Shown in pieces: positions 7,324 through 13,556 of a DNA stretch of 32,000 bases (its first letter is position 1; each line of letters starts with the position of its first letter). The translations under genes were made by a program, and so were the position numbers. The notes under the pieces were generated by a model that was not told the origin of the DNA, made no database searches, and saw nothing but the letters and a program-made list of their open reading frames with translations. This stretch comes from Nitrosococcus oceani ATCC 19707 (GTDB taxonomy: Bacteria; Pseudomonadota; Gammaproteobacteria; Nitrosococcales; Nitrosococcaceae): assembly GCF_000012805.1 (NCBI RefSeq), contig NC_007484.1:1200001-1232000 (forward strand), written 5' to 3'.

Positions 7324-8133
7324 ATGGCTGAGAAGCAGTATCAAACCATTGAGGTGTACCGAGCTGCCGCAGATGCACTCTATGCGGCCAGTGAAATGGT
7401 GCTTTTCTCATTCGCCAAACACGACTATGACACTAAGAACCTAATTATCAGGAACTTCGTTGCCCGCTCAGCCATGACGCTTAAAAGCGTTTTTTCGCTT
7501 TGGGATAACGGCGACACTCAGAATGCCTGGATTATACATAGAGCCTTGGTCGATAGAATGTTTCATTTGCACAGCCTCGGAGTGAATGACGAGTTTCACG
7601 CCTTCGAGGAGTGGTCTTTTTTCGAGCAATACAAAAGCCAAAACCGACTAAAAAGCGATGCTCTTTTCAAGGATCAGGCTGTAGGCTGGGTATATAAAGT
7701 AAGTGATGAGAAAAAGGCACGGATTAAAGCTCTGGAACAAAATAAGCCAACGTGGCGGCGCCCGAGGGCGGAGGATGTCGCTAAAGATATGGGAATGGAA
7801 TTTCTTTATAAATACGGCTATGACTATGCCTCGACCCACGTCCACCCTATGGCCAATGATGGTGAGCAAGACTTTTACACTATTACAAAGCTTCAGCCAT
7901 CGCCTAGGTTTCCCTCTCAGATCACGGTAATCTCAAACACTATTTTGACCTCTACACTTATTCTTCAGGATTCATTGAATCACAGCTCTTTTAGTTGGAG
8001 GCGAGTGTTATGGGACTTCATAGATGATGTCCGAGAGCTACTGGATAACGGTGATACCAGCTATCAGAAATCTTTCGAAAAGCTGGCCATTTTATTCAAA
8101 GAATACGATTTATGTGAGCCCAGCAATGCCTAA
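7324..8133 (+). CDS. Hypothetical helical protein, possibly DUF5677-like (weak recollection)
   Basis: 269-aa ORF starting 6 nt after the cassette's first hexamer (TTAGGC, 7312-7317). The stop codon lies inside R'' of its attC. Confidence 0.6.
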   Translation: MAEKQYQTIEVYRAAADALYAASEMVLFSFAKHDYDTKNLIIRNFVARSAMTLKSVFSLWDNGDTQNAWIIHRALVDRMFHLHSLGVNDEFHAFEEWSFFEQYKSQNRLKSDALFKDQAVGWVYKVSDEKKARIKALEQNKPTWRRPRAEDVAKDMGMEFLYKYGYDYASTHVHPMANDGEQDFYTITKLQPSPRFPSQITVISNTILTSTLILQDSLNHSSFSWRRVLWDFIDDVRELLDNGDTSYQKSFEKLAILFKEYDLCEPSNA

Positions 8134-8205
8134 CAAGACGCCGTTGGCGGACAATTTTTCCACCGCTTCGCGGCTCAAAAATTGCCGCAAAGCTCTGCGT
8201 TAGGT
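8128..8205 (+). other. attC site (78 bp)
   Basis: R'' GCCTAAC is the complement of TTAGGC (7312-7317). Arms GACAATTTTTC / CAAAAATTGCC. R' G|TTAGGT at 8199. Confidence 0.85.
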
Positions 8206-8229
8206 TTACTTATTTAAAGGGGAAGTGAT

Positions 8230-8565
8230 GTGAAAAAATCCGCCAGTTGTTTAATTGCTCTATTGGTATTTTCTTGTTGTGTTTACGCAGAGTTACAAGA
8301 AGAGAAATGGAAGACTATATTTTTAAAATATCTCCCGGAAGATAGCTCAAAGGAATCGGTTGAAATGAGAGAATATTTTAAAAAAGCCCCAGTTGAAGGT
8401 ATTTACCCTTTTGGAGCAGGTATCTGTGAAGCACTGAAAGAAGGACAGCATAAAAAGGATATTTTAGAAAAAAGTTATTACCATTTTTGGGGGGTTCCTG
8501 CGTCTGATGCTATGTACAAAGCGTCTATAGAGGTAATTTGCCCAGAATATAAAGCGCGTCGTTAG
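8230..8565 (+). CDS. Small secreted protein of unknown function
   Basis: GTG start after AAGGGGAAG. Signal peptide MKKSASCLIALLVFSCCVYA. AT-rich. Confidence 0.55.
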   Translation: MKKSASCLIALLVFSCCVYAELQEEKWKTIFLKYLPEDSSKESVEMREYFKKAPVEGIYPFGAGICEALKEGQHKKDILEKSYYHFWGVPASDAMYKASIEVICPEYKARR

Positions 8566-8588
8566 GTTTCCAATAGGAACCTTGAGCT

Positions 8589-8870
8589 GTGAGATTTGAA
8601 TGGGATTTGAGTAAGGCAGAGAATAATGAAAAGAAACATGGGGTAAGCTTCTCAGAAGCCACGACTGTGTTTGGGGATCCTTTGGAACTTACCATATCTG
8701 ATCCTGACCACTCAGAGGACGAGTACCGTTTTCTTCTTAGTATTGGCAGATCGTCGGTGGGCCGTGTTCTCATTGTCTCCTATACTGAAAGGGAAGAGAA
8801 TAGTATCCGAATCATCAGCGCAAGACGTGCTACGAAGCCAGAGCAGAAGCAATATGAGTCACAACACTGA
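8589..8870 (+). CDS. brnT: BrnT-family (DUF497) toxin, second copy
   Basis: GTG start. FEWDLSKAENNEKKHGVSFSEATTVFGDP and IRIISARRATKPEQKQY. Confidence 0.85.
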   Translation: MRFEWDLSKAENNEKKHGVSFSEATTVFGDPLELTISDPDHSEDEYRFLLSIGRSSVGRVLIVSYTEREENSIRIISARRATKPEQKQYESQH

Positions 8871-9090
8871 ATCAGATGATATGCGCCCTGAGTATGATTT
8901 CTCGGGCGGTGTTCGGGGGAAGCACTATAAGGCGTATCGAAAAGGTACGAACGTTGTCCTGCTTGATCCAGACGTTGCTGAAGTCTTCAAAAATTCCGAG
9001 TCTGTTAATCGAGCACTTCGTTTACTTATGGACTTGGGAGGCAAGGAAATTCAAAGAAACCTAACAAAGGGCTCCAGCGGACACTCGTAA
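8854..9090 (+). CDS. Putative antitoxin partnered with BrnT
   Basis: ATG at 8854 overlaps the brnT end. MRPEYDFSGGVRGKHY...VVLLDPDVAEVF.NSESVNRALR is a motif commonly seen downstream of DUF497 toxins. Confidence 0.65.
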   Translation: MSHNTESDDMRPEYDFSGGVRGKHYKAYRKGTNVVLLDPDVAEVFKNSESVNRALRLLMDLGGKEIQRNLTKGSSGHS

Positions 9091-9092
9091 AC
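9059..9092 (+). other. Truncated attC (5' half only)
   Basis: R'' ACCTAAC is the complement of cassette start TTAGGT (8200-8205). The L'' region GGGCTCCAGCGGACAC has no complementary 3' arm. It abuts an internal piece of the repeat unit. Confidence 0.55.
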
Positions 9093-9248
9093 CCGCGCCG
9101 CTATCTCCCATAGTATACGCTTCTTTTAAGCGTATACTACGCAGCAAACCTACTAACTCTGAAGAAGGAATAAACTTTCATTTGCCTAAGTCGGGGGTGC
9201 CGCTCAACTGGCAGAACCTCCTGCATCATCAGATGCCCCACATCTATA
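9093..9248 (+). repeat. Disrupted remnant of the ORF-less unit (copy E)
   Basis: CCCGCGCCGCTA (9093-9104) and CAACTGGCAGAACCTCCTGCATCATCAGATGCCCCACATCTATA (9205-9248) match the unit. About 100 unrelated bp lie between them, including the perfect hairpin AGTATACGCTT-CTTT-AAGCGTATACT. Confidence 0.6.
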
Positions 9249-9280
9249 GTGGTTAAGCAGCGTAAGATCAGCGTGTTGGC

Positions 9281-9340
9281 GTCTAATATTTCGCTGCAGC
9301 TGCGTTTGCCCTGCCAAGCACCTGAGCTCAGGCGTTATGC
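9281..9340 (+). other. attC site (60 bp) preceding the higBA cassette
   Basis: R'' GTCTAAT, L'' GCTGCAGC, 3' end CTCAGGCG|TTATGC. Same architecture and length as attC1. Confidence 0.65.
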
Positions 9341-9365
9341 AGTAAATACCAAGCTCTATTGATAA

Positions 9366-9379
9366 GCGTCACGTGACGC
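9366..9379 (+). promoter_or_regulatory. Perfect 14-bp palindrome; candidate higBA operator
   Basis: GCGTCACGTGACGC lies 16 nt upstream of the higB ATG. Confidence 0.4.
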
Positions 9380-9394
9380 GGTACAGTTTGGCTT

Positions 9395-9682
9395 ATGATT
9401 AAATCCTTCGCCGATAAGCGAACTCAAGGGCTGTACTCCATGGGCAAGTCAAAGAAGTTTCCTGCGGATGTAGCTCCGAGAGCCGCCAGAAAACTAGAAT
9501 ACGTGAATCTGGCAGAGCAGATAGAGGACTTGAAGGTGCCGCCCGGCAATCGCCTTCACCCACTTTCTGGAAATAGGCAGGGGCAGCACGCAATTTCAAT
9601 ACATAAACAGTGGCGTATCTGTTTTCGTTTTGAGGATGGCGATGCGTATGAGGTCGAAGTGTGTGACTACCACACTGAGTGA
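9395..9682 (+). CDS. higB: HigB-type (plasmid maintenance system killer, RelE/ParE superfamily) toxin
   Basis: MIKSFADKRTQGLY...LE.L......DL..PPGNRLH.LSG.R.GQHAISI..QWRICFRFEDGDAYEVEV.DYH. Confidence 0.85.
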   Translation: MIKSFADKRTQGLYSMGKSKKFPADVAPRAARKLEYVNLAEQIEDLKVPPGNRLHPLSGNRQGQHAISIHKQWRICFRFEDGDAYEVEVCDYHTE

Positions 9683-9686
9683 GGTA

Positions 9687-10011
9687 ATGACTATGGCCAT
9701 TCTTAATAATACCGGTATGCAGCGTAAGCCGACTCATCCTGGTGAAATGCTGAGAGAGGATTTCCTGCCTGACTATGGCCTGACCGTTGCAGGGCTAGCT
9801 GAATCTCTGGGTGTCTCTCGACAGTCAGTTAATGAATTATTGCGTGAGCGCCGTGCCGTCAGTCCTGAAATGGCACTTCGGCTCGCCTGTTCGTTTGTTT
9901 GGTAACTCTCCGGAATTCTGGCTGAATTCTCAGCGATCTGTTGATCTTTGGAGGGCGGCTCAGTCGGTCAAGGAAGAAGTGGCTCGGATTAAGCCGCTAC
10001 ATGTTGCATAA
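9687..10011 (+). pseudogene. higA: HigA (XRE-HTH) antitoxin with a 1-nt frameshift near 9888-9892
   Basis: Frame 1 reads PTHPGEMLREDFL...LGVSRQSVNELLRERRAVSPEMALRLA, then stops. The expected continuation RLFGNSPEFWLNSQ..VDLW is in the frame of ORF 9811..10011. Confidence 0.75.
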
Positions 10012-10083
10012 CCAGGCCATGCACCGGTGGCAAAACCGGCGCGAAGCGGAGATTTTGCCACCGGTGCATGGCAGACGTTATCC
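10006..10083 (+). other. attC site of the higBA cassette (78 bp)
   Basis: R'' GCATAAC is the complement of cassette start TTATGC (9335-9340). 20-bp arms GGCCATGCACCGGTGGCAAAA / TTTTGCCACCGGTGCATGGC. R' G|TTATCC at 10077. Confidence 0.9.
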
Positions 10084-10207
10084 ACAAAAATAGGACGATC
10101 TACCTTGCCAGTTGAAAAAACAGGGCCAGACCCCAATTGATTCAAGCTTTCTATGGACCATGCTAAATGCGCTGGTGAGCCGGCGCGAGTGAGTCGGACG
10201 GCGGGGC

Positions 10208-10489
10208 TCAGTCACCGTCTTCAGTTTCCTGAGCCAGTAGATACTTGAGCGTAAAGGCATCGTAGTCGAAATCGGTGTCGTCCGAGACCGCGGCCAGAAC
10301 CTGGGGCGCTATGCGCTCCCGCTCCTCCTCGGTCTCGAAGTCTGAGAAGTTGGCTGCGGCCGCCTCGGCAAACATTTCTTCTATCAGCCGCTTTGCCCGC
10401 GCTTCGTGGCTCTCGATATCAGTATTGGCGCCGGGAGGGATGTTTTCCTCAATCCAGGTCTCAGCCCACCTCAGGAATCGCTTGCTCAT
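10208..10489 (-). CDS. DUF768-like small acidic protein
   Basis: MSKRFLRWAETWIEENIPPG...AKRLIEEMFAEAAAANFS resembles DUF768 proteins. The ORF is open up to 10684, but that extension is AT-rich and unlike the family. Confidence 0.55.
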   Translation of the reverse strand: MSKRFLRWAETWIEENIPPGANTDIESHEARAKRLIEEMFAEAAAANFSDFETEEERERIAPQVLAAVSDDTDFDYDAFTLKYLLAQETEDGD

Positions 10490-10741
10490 GACTGCCCATC
10501 TACCTCTTGCATCATATTCGGGGCCGGTTTCCCGGACCACTGTGATCCACCCGATATTTCGGTCTAAATAAAAAAATTTTACTACATACTGATTGAATGC
10601 TTCAATAGTCGCTCGATATAGAAAGGGGTTTTTCTGGTTTACTTTCGAATCGTAAAGATCACATGACATGTGTTTGTGGTTCAATAACTTTAGTCGCTAC
10701 GCTTCCCTGCGACTATCGTCCTAAAAAACAATCTTGGCTCT

Positions 10742-10858
10742 GTGTATCGAAACATGGGCCGCATCGCCGAAGCCGAGCCGCTGCTTCGCAAGGCCGTTGA
10801 GCTAAACGAGCGCGTATTGGGTGGTAGTCACCCACAAACATTGAGCACGACTGTTAAC
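10742..10858 (+). pseudogene. Isolated TPR-repeat fragment
   Basis: The translation ..MGRIAEAEPLLRKAVELNERVLGGSHPQTLSTTVN matches the TPR_10/12 pattern. No start codon or surrounding ORF. Confidence 0.4.
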
Positions 10859-11030
10859 CCAGTCTATGGGGAGTGCTTCTTTACTTGTTTTCAGCAAGGC
10901 TTGTAGCGAACGCTCTGCACCAAGTCCGTGGGCAAGAATGACGGCATCAGCGGCGCAATCGCTCTTCGCGCCTTCATATCTAAGTGCGTATTTTCAATTA
11001 TTACGCCTGGTGTCAATTGATACGTTAGAA

Positions 11031-11103
11031 ACATAACAGGTAGATGTAGCCGGCCAATTTTCCGCTACGCCCCTTCGGGCTCGGCTGATTTACGGCGTTA
11101 GGC
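11031..11103 (+). other. attC site (73 bp)
   Basis: R'' ACATAAC, arms GCCGGCCAATTTTCCGC / GGCTCGGCTGATTTACGGC, R' G|TTAGGC at 11097. Confidence 0.7.
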
Positions 11104-11145
11104 GGCTGCAAGCTAGGGGGTAGATTTTCGAGGTATATTTTGCGA

Positions 11146-11400
11146 ATGACCAACGAATTTACAGCTATTTTCGAGTGTGATGGCGACTGGTATATCGCGT
11201 ATTGCCCTGAAATACCGGGTGCAAATGCCCAGGGTCGTACAAAGGACGAGGCTCGAGAGAGCCTTGCCGAGGCGATTTCTCTTATTCTTGCGGACCGCCG
11301 AGAGGATATGCTTCGTGGACTACCTGACGATAGAATCGGCTCGCGGAGAAGATATGCCAGGGCCTCTCTATCCCGAAAATCGGCGGGTAATTCCCCTTAA
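11146..11400 (+). CDS. HicB-like (UPF0150) antitoxin with no adjacent hicA; atypical C-terminal tail
   Basis: FTAIFECDGDWYIAYCPEIPGANAQGRTKDEARESLAEAISLILADRRED is the family signature. The last ~25 aa look out of character. Confidence 0.65.
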   Translation: MTNEFTAIFECDGDWYIAYCPEIPGANAQGRTKDEARESLAEAISLILADRREDMLRGLPDDRIGSRRRYARASLSRKSAGNSP

Positions 11401-11453
11401 TAAGGCGCTCGAACGGACGCGGTTAACAGTGAGCTGCTTTCCTTGGTGATCTA

Positions 11454-11559
11454 TCCGCGCCGCAGCGCGTGGCGAACAACCGTTCGATTGGCAGAACCTC
11501 CTGCATCATCAGATGCCGTACGTCTATTACCTAGGAGAATTCGCTAGTCAACATTCCGA
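11454..11559 (+). repeat. ORF-less attC-only unit, short form, diverged (copy F)
   Basis: TCCGCGCCGCAGCGCGTGGCGAACAACCGTTCGATTGGCAGAACC...GTCAACATTCCGA|TTATAA. The left core is mutated (A|TCCGCG). Confidence 0.7.
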
Positions 11560-11577
11560 TTATAAGCATTAACTGAT

Positions 11578-11600
11578 ATAGTACCATTGTATGGTACTAT
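11578..11600 (+). promoter_or_regulatory. Palindrome upstream of hicA; candidate operator/promoter
   Basis: ATAGTACCAT-TGT-ATGGTACTAT (10-bp arms) lies 7 nt before ATG 11607. TATAGT at 11577-11582. Confidence 0.4.
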
Positions 11601-11606
11601 TTTCGC

Positions 11607-11861
11607 ATGAAACGGAAGCACTAACGAACGTTGGAAAGGATATTTGCTCGCCCTACTAGTGGAACTATTCCCTGGTCCGATATTGAGTCACTTTTTGTGT
11701 CACTCGGCGCTGATGTGTCCGAGCGGGCAGGATCCCGAGTAGCAGTGGTTTTATTTGGCGAAGTCAAAGTTTTTCATCGTCCTCATCCTTCACCAGACAC
11801 GGATAAAGGCGCAGTTAATAGCATACGAGAATGGCTAGATTTACACGAGGTGAAACCATGA
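11607..11861 (+). pseudogene. hicA: HicA-family toxin with an in-frame TAA at codon 6
   Basis: ATG AAA CGG AAG CAC TAA CGA ACG TTG GAA... gives MKRKH*RTLERIFARP, against the family N-terminus M..K.RKTLE.IF. The rest is intact (GSRV...FHRPHP). A TTG at 11631 could allow reinitiation. Confidence 0.65.
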
Positions 11862-12190
11862 ATGTTTTAGAAGTTGACGGCTTTAAAGCAAAAATTGAGT
11901 TCGACCCTGATCTTGATCTTTTTCGGGGCGAGATACTTGGATTGAATGGCAGTGCTGATTTCTATGGGAAAAGCCCGGCAAGTTTACGAAAAGAGTTTAA
12001 AAACTCGCTAAAAGTATTTCTGGAAGTTTGTGAGGAAAAAGGTATAGAGCCCACAAAAGAATTTTCAGGTAAGTTTAACTTAAGAATTCCACCCAGATTA
12101 CACAGTGAAATTTCGGCTAAGGCGGCCGCATCGAACAAGAGTATCAATCAATGGGTGGTCGAGGTTTTGGAAGAGTCTGTAAATGAATGA
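11858..12190 (+). CDS. hicB: HicB-family antitoxin
   Basis: ATGA overlap with hicA. FKAKIEFDPDLDLFRGEILGL...SGKFNLRIPPRLHSEISAKAAASNKSINQWVVEVLE. Confidence 0.85.
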   Translation: MNVLEVDGFKAKIEFDPDLDLFRGEILGLNGSADFYGKSPASLRKEFKNSLKVFLEVCEEKGIEPTKEFSGKFNLRIPPRLHSEISAKAAASNKSINQWVVEVLEESVNE

Positions 12191-12196
12191 AAATGC

Positions 12197-12271
12197 TTAT
12201 AACAAGGGTATGCAGCCGGATCAAAATGTTCGCTGCGCTATCCTTTTGACCGTTGGTGCCGGGCGTTCACG
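12197..12271 (+). other. attC site of the hicAB cassette (75 bp)
   Basis: R'' TTATAAC is the complement of cassette start TTATAA (11560-11565). Arms GGATCAAAA / CCTTTTGACC. R' G|TTCACG at 12265. Confidence 0.8.
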
Positions 12272-12316
12272 CCCCTGCGCGGCGCGAATCGGAGAATTGA
12301 CTGTGTCAAACGTGGC
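12266..12316 (+). repeat. 5' fragment of the ORF-less unit (copy G); last recognisable array element
   Basis: TTCACGCCCCTGCGCGGCGCGAATCGGAGAATTGACTGTGTCAAACGTGGC matches the first ~50 nt of the long form, then homology stops. Confidence 0.65.
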
Positions 12317-12375
12317 CCCAGGGTTTTCTTTCTGATACAAGTAAGGTGTGTAAAATCAAGGAAAATTTAGGGTAG

Positions 12376-12700
12376 ACCAGTATAGAACTTATTCGAGATG
12401 AATGTGCTTTAGGATATACGGAAGATATCGAGTCCTACATAAAGAAGATAAGGACGACTGATTATGCATTAGTTATTGTGAGCGATCCCTTTTGCATAGT
12501 ACAAACTGGATGTTTGAAATTCATGAATTCCTAAAAGATGGAAATTACCAAGACCGGGTCCTTCCTGTCATACTCAAAGACTACGTAGATGAAGGAAAAG
12601 AAAGAAAAGGAGCAGGGATCTACGCGCCCGAAGCAGTCGCAACTTACGTTAAATTTTGGGAAGATCGGGAGGCAACCCTACGTAAACCCTTGGAGGGGAT
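12376..12700 (+). pseudogene. TIR-like domain gene remnant, 5'-truncated and frameshifted near 12483-12490
   Basis: Frame a reads ..YIKKIRTTDYALVIVSDPF. Frame b reads (S)LLHSTNWMFEIHEFLKDGNYQDRVLPVILKDY...YVKFWEDRE. Together they resemble bacterial TIR proteins of the VLVISD.YL.S.NCMFE type. Confidence 0.4.
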
Positions 12701-12738
12701 TGATATTTCAAACTTCATGCACTTTTCTCAAGGCTGCC

Positions 12739-12975
12739 TTATTTCTTCCTACGGATCGCCTCTTCCCGCTTATTTTTATATATTTCATAGTTATCTTCAA
12801 TCCTTTGCATACATTCTTGACGGGCAGATTCCGGTAATAGATTACATTCATTAAGATTGCTTTGGCGAGTTCCCTCATAAATATTTTTAGCCCCACAAGC
12901 AGGGATTAGTAACATCCCTATCCCTAGGACTAAAACTAATATAGATTTTTCTGTTGGTTGGTTGATGGGAATCAT
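12739..12975 (-). CDS. Small putative lipoprotein
   Basis: Signal peptide with LLIPAC lipobox-like motif. 78 aa. Confidence 0.45.
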   Translation of the reverse strand: MIPINQPTEKSILVLVLGIGMLLIPACGAKNIYEGTRQSNLNECNLLPESARQECMQRIEDNYEIYKNKREEAIRRKK

Positions 12976-12991
12976 TTAGGACCCCAAACAT

Positions 12992-13435
12992 TTAAAAGAT
13001 GAAAGGAATAAATTTTTTTGTTGTTGCCATATAATCTGTGTAGGTGGGAAACCGTTCCCTAAGAAGATTTTCCTCAATGCGAGATTTAGCCATTAAAACT
13101 AAAATCAAAACAGCTAGACCAAGGAAATTTAAGGGATGAGAATTATAGATAATGATGCCCAGCATCATTATAAATAGGCTGGTATACATAGGATGACGAA
13201 TGTATTTGTAAGGACCATGGATAATGAGCAAAGCATTTGGCTTGACTTCAGGATGAATATTGAAGTTGCCTAATTGATTAAAATACAGAGTCATTACTCC
13301 GCCTGCTGCTCCGATAGCCACGAGAGATAGGCTTGCCATCAGGTTTTTATCTCCTAAGCCAAAAGGTAAGCAGCATAGAATAATTGCTAAGAATTGTAAT
13401 ATGACCAGTGAATAGCCCATCAATTTAGTATTCAT
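12992..13435 (-). CDS. Isoprenylcysteine carboxyl methyltransferase (ICMT/PEMT) family membrane protein
   Basis: Multi-TM protein with HGPYKYIRHPMYTSLFIMMLG and a C-terminal EE..L...F..Y..Y motif. Confidence 0.75.
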   Translation of the reverse strand: MNTKLMGYSLVILQFLAIILCCLPFGLGDKNLMASLSLVAIGAAGGVMTLYFNQLGNFNIHPEVKPNALLIIHGPYKYIRHPMYTSLFIMMLGIIIYNSHPLNFLGLAVLILVLMAKSRIEENLLRERFPTYTDYMATTKKFIPFIF

Positions 13436-13556
13436 AATGACCTTTCAGGATAAGGAGGGTGTTCCATCGGAAAAATCATGCTGAACGGGGAAAATATAGC
13501 TTTGCAGATATAGCGTTTATTTCTGTTGTAAAGCATGAGGGTGGGTGCTGCCCATA

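Noticed and set aside
8561-8567. A second GTTAGGT(TT), identical to the core at 8199-8205, as a cassette boundary between the small secreted protein gene and brnT
   Set aside because: No R''/L'' arms are visible in the 130 bp upstream. It could be a relic of a cassette fusion, but I cannot support an attC here.
10978-11030. An attC-like imperfect palindrome (ATCTAAG...CAATTGATACG|TTAGAA) directly abutting attC 11031-11103
   Set aside because: Its R'' ends in AAG rather than AAC, and the start-hexamer rule does not fit either neighbour. It may be a decayed site, but the evidence is too weak to annotate.
11395-11459. A possible attC for the hicB-like cassette (CCTTAAT...GGTGATCTA|TCC)
   Set aside because: It matches the expected R'' GCCTAAC poorly, and the GTT core is absent. 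It was probably damaged together with the left end of repeat copy F.
3261-12316. The repeat as a CRISPR array, or as a TIR-bounded MITE (15-bp inverted repeats AATCGGGGAGTTGAC / GTCAACTCCCCGATT)
   Set aside because: The units are ~107-158 bp, and the intervals between them (0.8-2.2 kb) contain genes, so this is not a CRISPR array. I see no target-site duplications. The short form lacks the left inverted repeat yet keeps the same boundaries, and both ends coincide with integron crossover cores. A cassette interpretation therefore fits better than a transposase-mobilised MITE.
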